This document shows, piece by piece, positions 39,985 to 50,393 of a stretch of 64,000 nucleotides of DNA; position 1 is the first letter of the stretch, and every line of letters begins with the position of its first letter. Origin of the DNA: Bacteroidetes bacterium ADurb.Bin145 (GTDB lineage: Bacteria > Bacteroidota > Bacteroidia > Bacteroidales > VadinHA17). The stretch lies in assembly GCA_002070505.1 (NCBI GenBank), contig MWDJ01000001.1, positions 28,918 through 92,917 of the forward strand, read 5' to 3'. The translations under genes were made by a program, and so were the position numbers. Under the pieces are notes generated by a model. It was given only the letters and a program-made list of their open reading frames with translations, searched no databases and was not told the DNA's origin.

Positions 39985-40131
39985 AGATATTGTATTTATC
40001 TGATCACGAAAGTATAACGTTAAAAACTAAAAATGAATTAAATGAAAAAATAAATTTGCTTCATGCTTGTTTTTAGCATAACTTTATATAATTGACTTGA
40101 TCGGACTTTTGACCTTTATGGTCATCTGACA

Positions 40132-40650
40132 ATGAATAAAGGGAAATATCTGATAGTTTTCAGCCTGATTACAGTAATTCTTCTTTCTGTTCCCAAAATC
40201 TGTTATCCGCAGCCGAAAGTAAATATTTCAGCCGGGATCGGCGTTTTCGATATGGTAAATGCAGGTTTTAAGCTACAGTGGCAGCAGATTCAGGTAGGGA
40301 CCAACATCGGAACATGGCCATTCCTCAAAGATGAAAAGGTATTTTCTCTTGGTGGAGATCTATACTTCCATTTCGGAGATACAGTAAAATATACTTCGAC
40401 AAAACCATGGTATTTAAAGACCGGGATCTCTTATTTCAGTGATGCGATGCCTGATTTTAAGGATAAATTCACTTTTCTGGACCTAAGGTTCGGAAGGGAC
40501 CTGAATATATCTCCGAAAATTGGTATTGATGTCGAATTAGGAGCCCTGATTCAATTAAGGCATAAAATGATTCCTGATGAAGACAGAATCTTTGACTTCA
40601 ATTTACCAATATGGCCGGCCATAGGTGCATGTGTCTTCTTCAGGCTCTGA
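40132..40650 (+). CDS. small secreted protein, probable outer-membrane beta-barrel
   Basis: Signal peptide, alternating hydrophobic pattern, C-terminal aromatic residue (VFFRL). Confidence 0.45.
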   Translation: MNKGKYLIVFSLITVILLSVPKICYPQPKVNISAGIGVFDMVNAGFKLQWQQIQVGTNIGTWPFLKDEKVFSLGGDLYFHFGDTVKYTSTKPWYLKTGISYFSDAMPDFKDKFTFLDLRFGRDLNISPKIGIDVELGALIQLRHKMIPDEDRIFDFNLPIWPAIGACVFFRL

Positions 40651-40708
40651 ATTTATAAGGTAAGTGCTGAATTATTTCTTATCTGTGATATTTTATACCA
40701 TTACTGAA

Positions 40709-41380
40709 ATGAGAAGACCATTATGTGTATTATTCTTGTTTTTAGCAGCATTTTTGATCCAGGGTTGTTTTGCACCGCTCAACTCAGTATTTGAAAATGC
40801 CACATTGCCTTCGAAACACGAGCTGCAGGTAAAGGCAAGCGCTTCAACTTATTATGGTCCTGACTTTGACCTGGGCGAAGAGGACAGTAAAAGTCTGATC
40901 CATTATAATGATAATCTTGGATTAGCTTTGAGATTTGGTTTTACCGACAAGTTCAACCTTGGATTAAGATATGAGCATCTGTTCATAAGAAATGAATTCG
41001 AACTGTTTGATGATAATGAACCTTACCGGGGAAAACTTAACTATTTTGAGTTAAGCAGTAAGATAAATCTGAAAAAAGACAAAATGGCTCTTGATATCCC
41101 TGTCGGTTTGTATGATTATGAGGGAGAATTCATCTTTGCTATCGATCCCCGGTATATAGTTACTTTCAGAAAAAGTCAGAAACTCGAAATTAACCTCTTT
41201 CCAAAGATTCACATCTTCATTGGTGACGGGATTCAGTTTAATCCGGCAATAGGCGCCGGATTAGGACTCAGCAGCGATCTTGACAAATGGGCTTTCCGGC
41301 CTGAGATCGGATTGGATGGAAATCTGTTTTTTGGAGCCGGTTTTACTGTTAATCTGAACAAAAAGGCAGCTGATCAGTGA
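40709..41380 (+). CDS. lipoprotein/outer-membrane protein, unknown function
   Basis: Start chosen at MRRPLCVLFLFLAAFLIQGC (lipobox); beta-strand-like alternation follows. The ORF-track start is 40664. Confidence 0.45.
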   Translation: MRRPLCVLFLFLAAFLIQGCFAPLNSVFENATLPSKHELQVKASASTYYGPDFDLGEEDSKSLIHYNDNLGLALRFGFTDKFNLGLRYEHLFIRNEFELFDDNEPYRGKLNYFELSSKINLKKDKMALDIPVGLYDYEGEFIFAIDPRYIVTFRKSQKLEINLFPKIHIFIGDGIQFNPAIGAGLGLSSDLDKWAFRPEIGLDGNLFFGAGFTVNLNKKAADQ

Positions 41381-41512
41381 ATTTCTGATTCCTTTTTTCT
41401 GACCTGGTAAATACTTTCCATTTAAATAATTTAACTTCTTGTTAAGAATTTTATGTAATTCTTATGTGCCCTCATATGTTAAAAGCCATAATTTCGCATA
41501 AAACTTAAAAGA

Positions 41513-42232
41513 ATGAACATAGCATTGATAGGATATGGCAGGATGGGCCATATAATTGAAGAAATTGCAGTGGCGAGAGGGCACAGAATAGGTCTTACTG
41601 TTGATGTTGATAATTACAATGACCTGAATAGCGAAAAATTCAAAGGCATTGATGTTGCAATAGAGTTTTCATCCCCGGAATCTGCACTAAGGAATGTTTC
41701 TGCATGTCTGAATATGAAGGTTCCTGTCGTTTCAGGAACGACAGGATGGGTGAAGGATCTTGACAAAGTTATAGAGATTTGCAAGACCAAAGGTACTGCA
41801 TTCATTCACTCTTCAAATTTCAGTATCGGGGTCAATCTGCTTTTCCATCTTAATGAGGAGCTGGCAAAACAGATGAACCGTTACCCTGAATATACTGCAT
41901 CGATTGAAGAAATACATCATACAAAGAAGCTTGATGCACCATCCGGGACCGCCATTACTCTGGCCGAAGGTATCAGGCAGCAGCACAGTGCATTTGATGG
42001 CTGGTGTTTTGACAATGAGAGATCTGATAACAAGATACCAATAAAGCCGGTTCGTGAAGGAACAGTCCCCGGTACACATATTGTTACATGGGATTCTGAA
42101 ATTGATACAATAACTCTCAGGCATGAAGCAAAAAGCAGGAGAGGATTTGCACTTGGAGCAGTGATAGCTGCTGAATTCATTAAGGGAAGGACGGGCATAT
42201 TCACAATGAAGGAAGTACTTGGTTTCTCATAA
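41513..42232 (+). CDS. dapB: 4-hydroxy-tetrahydrodipicolinate reductase
   Basis: MNIALIGYGRMG, EIHHTKKLDAPSGTA. Confidence 0.92.
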   Translation: MNIALIGYGRMGHIIEEIAVARGHRIGLTVDVDNYNDLNSEKFKGIDVAIEFSSPESALRNVSACLNMKVPVVSGTTGWVKDLDKVIEICKTKGTAFIHSSNFSIGVNLLFHLNEELAKQMNRYPEYTASIEEIHHTKKLDAPSGTAITLAEGIRQQHSAFDGWCFDNERSDNKIPIKPVREGTVPGTHIVTWDSEIDTITLRHEAKSRRGFALGAVIAAEFIKGRTGIFTMKEVLGFS

Positions 42233-42270
42233 TATTTTCTATTTTTACCGCTTCATAAATAATTAACAAA

Positions 42271-43659
42271 ATGATTAATCTGCTCCAAATGAGGTATATC
42301 AGGTTTGCCATAGTTGCAATAATCTATATCCTGGTTGTAATATGGATAGGAAACTACTGGCTTCTACTTGGACTTGGGATCATTTTTGACTTGTATATCT
42401 CAGAGAAAGTTAACTGGACCTTCTGGAAGAAACGGCATGGAAAGAACAGCTCATTTATCGAATGGCTCGATGCGCTGATATTTGCTGTAATAGCTGTTAC
42501 TCTCATAAACATATTCCTTTTTCAGAATTACAGGATCCCGACTCCATCAATGGAGAAATCACTTCTTGTGGGTGATCACCTCTTTGTAAGCAAACTGGCC
42601 TACGGACCCAGAATGCCCAATACTCCCATTGCTTTCCCATTCACGCAGAATACGCTTCCTTTAATAAAGGGCAGATCCTGGTCGAATATTATTGTTTTAC
42701 CTTATAAAAGACTGACCGGAGCAGGAAAGGTGAAGCACGGAGATCCGATAGTTTTCAATTTCCCTGCTGGTGATACTGTTGCCCTGGAGAATACAAATAC
42801 AAGTTATTATGAGATCATAATGCGAACCGCAAAAGACCTTCAAATGAGGGAAAATCTTTATAATAACTCTTCCAGACCTTTGGAATATTATATGCCTATG
42901 GCAAGGAAGGAAGTGTGGAAGAATTATCATATGCAGTACCGGCCTGTCGACAGGCGTGACAATTATGTTAAAAGATGTATCGGATTGCCGGGTGACACGA
43001 TAAAAATAGAGATGAGTTCGGTATATGTAAACGGAGTGCTCTTCCCTGAGAATGAAAATCAGCAGAAAAATTACTATGTCAGCACCAATGGAACAACAAT
43101 TAATCCAAAGGCTTTCGAACGCCTCAGCATATCGAAGTCAGATCAGGCAATGGCTTCAAATACAGTTTATTATCTTCCACTCACGAAAGCTTCAGCTGAA
43201 ACAATCTCAAAGTTCACCAATGTAACTGAAGTTACACCTGCAACATCAAGAAAAGGTAATTTAAACTTTATTGTTTTTCCTTATAATGAATCCCTTGCAT
43301 GGAATGAGGATAATTTCGGGCCGCTGTGGATACCGGCTAAGGGAACCACTGTAAGGCTGGATACATCCAACCTTGAATTATACCGGCGGATTATTGATGT
43401 ATATGAGGGCAATGATCTGGAGGTTGAAGGAGCTACTATATATATAAACAGTCATCCTGTCACCACTTATACTTTCAAAATGGATTATTATTTTATGATG
43501 GGTGACAACCGGCATAATTCAGCCGATTCCAGGTTCTGGGGATTTGTACCTGAAGATCATATCGTAGGAAAGCCAAAGTTCATCTGGCTTTCTATCGATA
43601 AGGAAGCTAAGGGGTTAAAAAAGATCCGCTTCAGGCGGATGTTTATGAAAGTAAGATAG
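42271..43659 (+). CDS. lepB: signal peptidase I
   Basis: Catalytic Ser box IPTPSMEKSLLVGDHLFVSK, Lys box YVKRCIGLPGD, GDNRHNSADSRFWGFVP. Confidence 0.92.
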   Translation: MINLLQMRYIRFAIVAIIYILVVIWIGNYWLLLGLGIIFDLYISEKVNWTFWKKRHGKNSSFIEWLDALIFAVIAVTLINIFLFQNYRIPTPSMEKSLLVGDHLFVSKLAYGPRMPNTPIAFPFTQNTLPLIKGRSWSNIIVLPYKRLTGAGKVKHGDPIVFNFPAGDTVALENTNTSYYEIIMRTAKDLQMRENLYNNSSRPLEYYMPMARKEVWKNYHMQYRPVDRRDNYVKRCIGLPGDTIKIEMSSVYVNGVLFPENENQQKNYYVSTNGTTINPKAFERLSISKSDQAMASNTVYYLPLTKASAETISKFTNVTEVTPATSRKGNLNFIVFPYNESLAWNEDNFGPLWIPAKGTTVRLDTSNLELYRRIIDVYEGNDLEVEGATIYINSHPVTTYTFKMDYYFMMGDNRHNSADSRFWGFVPEDHIVGKPKFIWLSIDKEAKGLKKIRFRRMFMKVR

Positions 43660-43664
43660 TTACT

Positions 43665-44009
43665 TTATTTAACCTTTTCCACTATTGCCTTGAATGCATC
43701 AGGGTGATGCATTGCCAGGTCGGCAAGGGTTTTTCTGTTGAGTTTGATCCCTTTATTCTCGAGCTTACCTATAAATTCCGAATAGCTCATATCATATTGA
43801 CGGACACCGGCATTTATTCTCTGTATCCAGAGTGACCTGAATTGTCCTTTCTTTTTCCTTCTGTCGCGGTATGCGTACCCCAGACCTTTGTCGAGGGTAT
43901 TCTTTGCTACTGTTATTACATTTTTCCTTGAAAGGAAATTCCCTTTGGTTTGTTTAAGGACTTTCTTTCTTCTCGCTCTTGAAGCGACTGAATTTACTGA
44001 TCTTGGCAT
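43665..44009 (-). CDS. rplT: 50S ribosomal protein L20
   Basis: [23 protein letters not shown]... Confidence 0.97.
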   Translation of the reverse strand: MPRSVNSVASRARRKKVLKQTKGNFLSRKNVITVAKNTLDKGLGYAYRDRRKKKGQFRSLWIQRINAGVRQYDMSYSEFIGKLENKGIKLNRKTLADLAMHHPDAFKAIVEKVK

Positions 44010-44035
44010 AACTCATTGATTTTGAATGTCAGCGT

Positions 44036-44051
44036 TCCGCCAATTGGCGGA
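44036..44051. other. perfect 16-nt palindrome TCCGCCAATTGGCGGA in the rpmI-rplT spacer
   Basis: Read directly: 6-bp stem with a 4-nt loop. Confidence 0.7.
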
Positions 44052-44096
44052 CTCTTATTATGCTGAACATCCTGTTAATACTATATGATTTTGTTA

Positions 44097-44294
44097 TTAT
44101 TTGCTGGCCAGCAGAAGCTTTACGTTTTTCTGATCTGCTTTGTCTACTTGTCCAAAATATGTAAGATTTCTCTTACGTTTCGTTGTTTTCTTGGTAAGTA
44201 TATGACTTTTAAATGCATGTTTCCTTTTTATCTTCCCTGTTCCGGTGAGAGAGAATCTTTTCTTTGCTCCCGGATTCGTTTTCATCTTTGGCAT
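44097..44294 (-). CDS. rpmI: 50S ribosomal protein L35
   Basis: [14 protein letters not shown]... Confidence 0.97.
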   Translation of the reverse strand: MPKMKTNPGAKKRFSLTGTGKIKRKHAFKSHILTKKTTKRKRNLTYFGQVDKADQKNVKLLLASK

Positions 44295-44313
44295 CTTTCT
44301 ATATAATTAAAAA

Positions 44314-44862
44314 CTATTTCTTTTTTTTCGGGGAGAAGGATATTATCATCCTTTTTCCTTCCAGTCTTGGTAACTGTTCAACCTTTCCGTACTCTTCAAG
44401 GTCGTTCGCAAATCTCAGAAGCAGAACTTCGCCCTGTTCCTTGAATAAGATCGATCTTCCTTTAAAGAAGACGTATGCTCTTACCTTCGCACCTTCTTCG
44501 AGGAACTTGATAGCATGTTTCAGCTTGAAGTTATAATCATGGTCATCAGTATTAGGTCCGAATCTTAACTCCTTAACTGTGACCTTTACAGTTTTTGCTT
44601 TTATCTCCTTTTGTTTCTTTTTCTGCTGATAAAGGTATTTCTGATAATCAATTATCTTGCATACCGGTGGATCAGCATTTGGAGAGATTTCAACCAGATC
44701 AAGTTCCATTTTGTCGGCCAGCTTCAGGGCATCCTGAATACTCATGACCTGTGTTTCAATTTCATCACCTACAACCCTGACCACTCTTGCTGTGATACGG
44801 TTGTTGATTCTATGAGCCGGCTGGGTAATCCTTGCAGGGCTTCGTCTGATCGGTCCTGTTAT
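44314..44862 (-). CDS. infC: translation initiation factor IF-3, proposed non-canonical ATA start
   Basis: The listed ORF (GTG at 44784) starts inside the conserved N-domain. The frame is open upstream to a TAA at complement(44881..44883) and encodes [34 protein letters not shown], where HRINNRI matches the conserved IF3 N-terminus. The frame has no ATG/GTG/TTG there. ATA at complement(44860..44862) lies 8 nt after AAGGAGG at complement(44871..44877). Confidence 0.8.
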   Translation of the reverse strand: MTGPIRRSPARITQPAHRINNRITARVVRVVGDEIETQVMSIQDALKLADKMELDLVEISPNADPPVCKIIDYQKYLYQQKKKQKEIKAKTVKVTVKELRFGPNTDDHDYNFKLKHAIKFLEEGAKVRAYVFFKGRSILFKEQGEVLLLRFANDLEEYGKVEQLPRLEGKRMIISFSPKKKK

Positions 44863-44912
44863 AACTATTTCCTCCTTATTTTAATTAATACTTTATTTAA
44901 CTGTACGTACGT

Positions 44913-46853
44913 TCAAATCTCAATTTCTTTCTTTATCTCGGAATTGATGAAATTCACGAATTCCTCAATTTTCATACTTCCTTTATCGCCTTCACCTTGT
45001 TTCCTGACAGAAACACTTCCGTTTTCTGCTTCTTTTTCACCTACGATCAGAAGGTAGGGAATCCTCTTTAATTCATTATCTCTGATCTTCTTACCAATTT
45101 TTTCGCTCCTGTCGTCAATTAAGGTGCAAATATCGGAATTATTTAGAATTTCCAAAATTTTTAAAGCATAATCATTGAATTTATCACTTATAGGCAGAAT
45201 GACCGCTTTTTCCGGTGCAAGCCACAGTGGAAGTTTACCGGCAGTATTCTCAATAAGCACAGCAACAAATCTTTCCATCGAACCGAAGACGGTGCGATGT
45301 ATCATTACCGGTCTGTGTTTCTGATTGTCGCTTCCATTATATGTAAGGTCGAATCTCTCCGGAAGATTATAATCCACCTGGATGGTTCCCAGCTGCCACT
45401 TGCGTCCGATAGCGTCCCTGACCATAAAATCGAGTTTTGGGCCATAGAATGCCGCCTCTCCCGGTACAACTGTGGTTTTCAGGTTTTTATCTCCTGCAGC
45501 GCTTATTATATCCTGCTCAGCTCTCTCCCAGTTCTCATCAGTTCCGATGTATTTTTCTTTATTATCAGGATCCCTGAGTGATATCTGGGCTGTGAAATCG
45601 TTGAAATTGAGTATTTTAAAAATATAAAGGATCAAATCTATTATACTCTTGAATTCTTCCCTGAGCTGATCGGGCCTGCAGAAATGATGAGCATCGTCCT
45701 GGGTAAAACTCCTCACCCTTGTAAGTCCGTGAAGTTCTCCGCTCTGCTCGTATCTGTACACAGTACCGAACTCAGCCATTCTTAAAGGCAGCTCTTTATA
45801 TGAATGCGGAGTTGCATTGTATATTTCACAGTGATGCGGACAATTCATAGGCTTAAGCATGAACTGCTCTCCTTCCTGGGGCGTTGACATCGGCTGGAAT
45901 GAGCTTGCTCCGTATTTCTCGAAGTGCCCGGATACTTTATAGAGGTTTACGTTACCTATATGAGGAGTGGTAACTATTTTATAGCCTCTCTTCTTCAGGA
46001 TCTTTGTCAGGAAATCGATAAGGTGCTGCCTTACATCTGAGCCCTTTGGAAGCCACAGCGGTAGCCCCATCCCTACTTTTGGTGAAAAAGTGAATAGCTC
46101 CAGTTCCTTACCTATTCGCCGGTGATCGCGTCTTTTTGCTTCTTCCAGGAAAACGAGATATTCATCAAGCATTTTCTGCTTCGGATAGGTTATGCCATAA
46201 ATCCTTGTCAGCATCCTGCGCTTTTCATCACCTCTCCAGTAAGCTCCTGCAACACTTGTAAGCTTGATGGCTTTTATCGGTTCCGTTGAAGGAAGATGTG
46301 GTCCGCGGCAGAGATCAACAAAATTACCACTGGTATATAATGAAATAGTACCATCCTCCAGTTCGCTTATCAGCTCAGTCTTGTATTCATCACCTTTACT
46401 TGTGAAAAGGTCCATTGCTTCTTTTTTCGATACATCTTTCCTTATGAAAGACTGGTTCTGAGCTGCAAACTCTTTCATTTTATTCTCGATGGCAGGAAGG
46501 TCCGCTTCTGTTATAGCTCTTCCGTCGCCCGGATCAACATCATAATAGAATCCATTCTCTATTGCAGGGCCGATACCAAACTTGATCCCGGGATAGATTG
46601 CTTCAAGCGCTTCTGCCATGAGATGGGCAGAAGAATGCCAGAAAGCGTGCCTGGCTTCTTCATCATCCCATTTATGAAGCTTTAAATTTGCATCAGTATC
46701 AATAGGCCTGCTCAGATCGCGGATCTCACCATTGACACTTGCTGCATATACTTCTTTTGCAAGTTTCGGACTTATCTCTTCTGCAATTTCAAGACTGCTT
46801 ATGCCTTTTTTATATTCTTTTTTAGTCCCGTCAGGGAATGTTATTTTAATCAT
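44913..46853 (-). CDS. thrS: threonine--tRNA ligase
   Basis: TGS-domain start [14 protein letters not shown] and class II motifs. I prefer the ATG at 46853 because a TAnnTTTG box at 46881..46888 overlaps the longer ORF start at 46883. Confidence 0.95.
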   Translation of the reverse strand: MIKITFPDGTKKEYKKGISSLEIAEEISPKLAKEVYAASVNGEIRDLSRPIDTDANLKLHKWDDEEARHAFWHSSAHLMAEALEAIYPGIKFGIGPAIENGFYYDVDPGDGRAITEADLPAIENKMKEFAAQNQSFIRKDVSKKEAMDLFTSKGDEYKTELISELEDGTISLYTSGNFVDLCRGPHLPSTEPIKAIKLTSVAGAYWRGDEKRRMLTRIYGITYPKQKMLDEYLVFLEEAKRRDHRRIGKELELFTFSPKVGMGLPLWLPKGSDVRQHLIDFLTKILKKRGYKIVTTPHIGNVNLYKVSGHFEKYGASSFQPMSTPQEGEQFMLKPMNCPHHCEIYNATPHSYKELPLRMAEFGTVYRYEQSGELHGLTRVRSFTQDDAHHFCRPDQLREEFKSIIDLILYIFKILNFNDFTAQISLRDPDNKEKYIGTDENWERAEQDIISAAGDKNLKTTVVPGEAAFYGPKLDFMVRDAIGRKWQLGTIQVDYNLPERFDLTYNGSDNQKHRPVMIHRTVFGSMERFVAVLIENTAGKLPLWLAPEKAVILPISDKFNDYALKILEILNNSDICTLIDDRSEKIGKKIRDNELKRIPYLLIVGEKEAENGSVSVRKQGEGDKGSMKIEEFVNFINSEIKKEIEI

Positions 46854-46880
46854 GCTCTGAAGCTTATTTTTAGTGGAGTG

Positions 46881-46888
46881 CAAAGATA
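46881..46888 (-). promoter_or_regulatory. candidate -7 promoter box (TATCTTTG on the minus strand) for the thrS operon
   Basis: Exact TAnnTTTG match 28 nt upstream of the preferred thrS ATG. Confidence 0.4.
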
Positions 46889-47000
46889 GTCATATTTTTT
46901 TAACATGTTCAAAAATCCCATGCAGGAGCTGATATTATAACCTGATTTATAAAGATGGCATATTATTTGATTTTCTATTTTAGCATAAATTCTTATTACG

Positions 47001-47747
47001 ATGAAAAAATCATTCTACCTTATTCTTTTACTGCCGGTTATTTTATTCTCCTGCGAATCATTCCCCGAAGCGGATTTCCGTGTCGATCTCATTGATCCTG
47101 AAGTGGGTGAGGAGGTATGTTTTACAAACCGCTCGCATAATGCTGTTGATTACGAATGGGATTTTGGTGATGGATATATATCATACGAACCCAATCCGGT
47201 ACACATATTTACCGGTACAGGTTCCTTCCAAGTAATTCTTACAGCTTATTCGCCTTCAGGAGAATCAGACCAGGCATCGATTATAATAGATGTCATGGTA
47301 CCAACACTTCTTGAGATTGAAGTGCGTGAATACTATGATGACTATATCGTTCCTGATGCCAGCGTCAGATTATATCCCACTCTTCCTGACTGGGAAGACC
47401 AGACAAATATGGAAACAGAAGGGTACACAGATCAATATGGGATTGTTGTTTTCTCTCATCTCGGTCCTTACGTATACTATACCGATATATGGGAAGAAAA
47501 CCACGACAACTATGATATCAAGGACTATGATATATCTCTGATACGCACACCAGAGGTCATCCCTCACAAGATCAACAGGTTTATCGCTCTCGTCGATTAT
47601 GTCGAGCACGGCAAGGGAGAAAGAACCCGCGACAGAACTTATGTTATTAAGAAGCTGGAAAGGAATACAGCTCGTACTCCGGTTCAATCTTTGCCAACTG
47701 ACGAGAACTGGCAGGAGCTATACAAGAGAAGCATCAGGGTGAAATAA
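47001..47747 (+). CDS. PKD-domain lipoprotein
   Basis: Lipobox ILFSC; PKD signature FTNRSHNAVDYEWDFGDG. Confidence 0.75.
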   Translation: MKKSFYLILLLPVILFSCESFPEADFRVDLIDPEVGEEVCFTNRSHNAVDYEWDFGDGYISYEPNPVHIFTGTGSFQVILTAYSPSGESDQASIIIDVMVPTLLEIEVREYYDDYIVPDASVRLYPTLPDWEDQTNMETEGYTDQYGIVVFSHLGPYVYYTDIWEENHDNYDIKDYDISLIRTPEVIPHKINRFIALVDYVEHGKGERTRDRTYVIKKLERNTARTPVQSLPTDENWQELYKRSIRVK

Positions 47748-47777
47748 ACACTGAATACCTGAACCTATCAGAATCGA

Positions 47778-47816
47778 CCTGCCGGCTTTTGCCGGGAGAG
47801 GTTTCAGCGGCAGGGC
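47778..47816. terminator. GC-rich hairpin region between convergent genes (CCGGC-TTTT-GCCGG, with an outer CTGCCG/CGGCAG alternative)
   Basis: Read directly. There is no clear U-tract on either strand, so terminator function is only suggested. Confidence 0.3.
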
Positions 47817-47828
47817 AGATATGAGAGA

Positions 47829-48926
47829 TTATTTACCCCTATACGCAATGGTACCGGTATAGAGGCTGAAACCTTTTTCGTTCCTTACAGACATCTGGGG
47901 TTCCTTTTCCCCTTTCATTGATGCACAGCCCACTTCACCTCTTGAACTGATCGCGACAAACTTTTCACTCGGGAAAAAGCCCGGATTGATCCTGCTGTAT
48001 TTTTCAACTATCATATGAAGGGCATCCTCACAGGCCTGCTGGGGAGTGCGGCCTTCTTTCATTCTCATGATCATGTAATATGCTGCACAGGACTTTATTA
48101 CATCTTCCCCACGGCCTGTTGCACCGGCCGCCCCAACTTCATTGTCAACATATAATCCTGCGCCTATGATTGGTGAATCACCGACCCTCCCGTTAATTTT
48201 GAAACTAAGACCGCTTGTTGTTGTGCAGCCGGCAATATCTCCGTTTGTGTCAATTGCCAGAATGTTTGTAGTCCCATAATGATGTTCAATATCCGGAAAA
48301 TCGTTTCGGTAAGACTCTTTGTTGATGATATTTTTCAGGTGATCGGGTTCACCCCAGTCATCGTTGGGAGAAAGTTCCTCTTTCCATCGGAGTCAGATCT
48401 TACGGGCTTTCTCGGTCAGGAGATCCTCCTCCCTGAATCCCCATGCCTTTGCAAAATCAAGAGCTCCCTGCCCGGTGAGCAGAACATGATCAGTATGTTG
48501 CATCACCAGCCTGGCCACTGATGCCGGAGTTTTGATCCTCTCAAGACAGGCTACTGCCCCCGCAGAATATGTCTTGCCATCCATAAAGGATGCATCCAGC
48601 TGTACCACGCCATTTTCATTTGGTAATCCTCCGTAACCTACACTTGTATCTTCCGGGTCGAGCTCAATAGTGTTTGCTGCTCTTTCTACGGCATCAACAG
48701 CGCTGCCGCCTTTAGTCAGGACTTCCCATCCCAGCTCCATGGCTTTATGGCCTGTTTCATTTGTATGACTTGTGATTATCAGGGGTCTGAGACCTGTACT
48801 TCTATTTTGAATAGTAACAGGATTCACCGATGGAAACAGTAGTATACCAGCTCCCATGCCTGCCGAGCTTTGAAGAAAACTCCGTCTTGAAATTGACTTT
48901 TTAATTTTTTTCATTGTTGCTATCAA
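47829..48926 (-). pseudogene. glycosylasparaginase / isoaspartyl peptidase (Ntn-hydrolase) interrupted by one in-frame TGA at complement(48393..48395)
   Basis: ORFs 48393..48926 and 47829..48074 are in the same frame. The 318 nt between them translate without stops (LRWKEELSPNDDWGEPDHLKN...HHYGTTNILAIDTNGDIAGCTTTSGLSFKINGRVGDSPIIGAGLYVDNEVGAAGATGRGEDVIK). Tat signal SRRSFLQSSAGMG at the N-terminus. Confidence 0.75.
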
Positions 48927-49019
48927 TAGGTTCAGGATTAGGTTTATTATCTTGCGAATCTTATAATAAGATCATGACTGAAAGACCGACAGTAAACAAG
49001 ATTCTAATGTAATAAATCT

Positions 49020-50387
49020 ATGACTAATAACGTAAAAAGCGAGAGGGATTCTTTCTCAAACAGATTTGCAGTTGTAGCTGCAGTTGCAGGTTCGGCAATC
49101 GGACTTGGAAATATATGGCGGTTCCCGTACCTCGCAGGTGAGAATGGAGGGGGTGCTTTCCTGCTTGTTTACCTTTTTTGTGTTGTGGTCATCGGAATCC
49201 CGGTAATGACATCTGAATTCATAATCGGACGATCCGCTCAACTAAATCCTTATGGTGCTTTTAAGAAACTGGCTCCACGGAAGCCATGGTACCTAATAGG
49301 CATAATGGGTGTGGCGGCTGCTTTTATGATTCTCGCTTTCTATACGACAGTCGCCGGATGGACACTTGAATATTTTTATCAATCACTGACAGGCAATCTG
49401 CTGGGCAGGACAGATATTGAACTCACTAATATGTTCGACTCTTTCCTTAAGAGCTCTTTCCGTCCTATTTTATGGTTCATTGTTTTCATGGGTTTAACAG
49501 CATTCATTATTATCTCCGGAGTAAAGGAAGGAATTGAAAAGTACACAAAAATTATGATGCCTTTTTTGTTTTTGATTCTTATCTTAATGTGTATCAGGTC
49601 TTTAACTCTTCCTGGTGGAAAAGCCGGACTTCAGTTCCTGTTCCATCCCGATATGAATAAAATTACACCTAAAGTTATCCTTGAGGCCCTGGGGCAATCT
49701 TTCTTTTCACTCAGCATTGGTATGGGTACTCTGATTACATATGGATCATATATCAGGAAGAATGAAAACCTTGTCCTCTCCGCAGGCCTTGTTTCACTTG
49801 CTGATACCTCGGTTGCTGTCCTGGCCGGAATAGCAATCTTTCCTGCTGTATTTGCGCTTGGCGGATCTCCCGCTTCAGGAACAGGTCTTACATTTATTGT
49901 TCTGCCAGGGATTTTTGATAAGATGCCGCTGGGTTCAGTTTTTGCATTTATGTTCTTTCTTCTTCTTTCAATAGCAGCCCTGACATCAACGATATCCGTT
50001 CTTGAAGTGATAGTAGCCTACCTCGTCGAAGAGCTTAAAATGTCAAGAAAGAAAGCTACAATTGCTGCATCGCTTTCAGTGTCAATACTTGGGTTGCTTA
50101 CCGTGCTTTCATACGGAGCTCTTAGTAATTTACAGGTAGGGGGGAGGAACATATTCGGTATTCTGGAATTCCTTACATCAAATATAATGCTGCCGATAGG
50201 AGGCCTATTTATAGTAATATTTATCGGATGGTTTTACAGTAAAGATCTTACTAAGCGAGAATTTACCAATGAAGGATCACTTAAAGGTACACTGTTGCCC
50301 ACTTATATATTCATAGTGAAATTCGTAGCTCCGGTAGCTATCGCAATTGTGTTTCTTTATTCCCTGGGAATCTTCAAGTTGTCTTAG
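49020..50387 (+). CDS. sodium-dependent transporter, NSS/SNF family
   Basis: GLGNIWRFPYLAGENGGGAFL motif and about 12 TM segments. Confidence 0.9.
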   Translation: MTNNVKSERDSFSNRFAVVAAVAGSAIGLGNIWRFPYLAGENGGGAFLLVYLFCVVVIGIPVMTSEFIIGRSAQLNPYGAFKKLAPRKPWYLIGIMGVAAAFMILAFYTTVAGWTLEYFYQSLTGNLLGRTDIELTNMFDSFLKSSFRPILWFIVFMGLTAFIIISGVKEGIEKYTKIMMPFLFLILILMCIRSLTLPGGKAGLQFLFHPDMNKITPKVILEALGQSFFSLSIGMGTLITYGSYIRKNENLVLSAGLVSLADTSVAVLAGIAIFPAVFALGGSPASGTGLTFIVLPGIFDKMPLGSVFAFMFFLLLSIAALTSTISVLEVIVAYLVEELKMSRKKATIAASLSVSILGLLTVLSYGALSNLQVGGRNIFGILEFLTSNIMLPIGGLFIVIFIGWFYSKDLTKREFTNEGSLKGTLLPTYIFIVKFVAPVAIAIVFLYSLGIFKLS

Positions 50388-50393
50388 GTTCTG

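Noticed and set aside
48393-48395. In-frame TGA read as selenocysteine, or as evidence of a UGA-reassigned genetic code
   Set aside because: The position is in a non-catalytic linker, and I see no convincing SECIS-like hairpin immediately downstream. At least ten neighbouring genes end at TGA with sensible C-termini, so code 4 or 25 is excluded for this genome.
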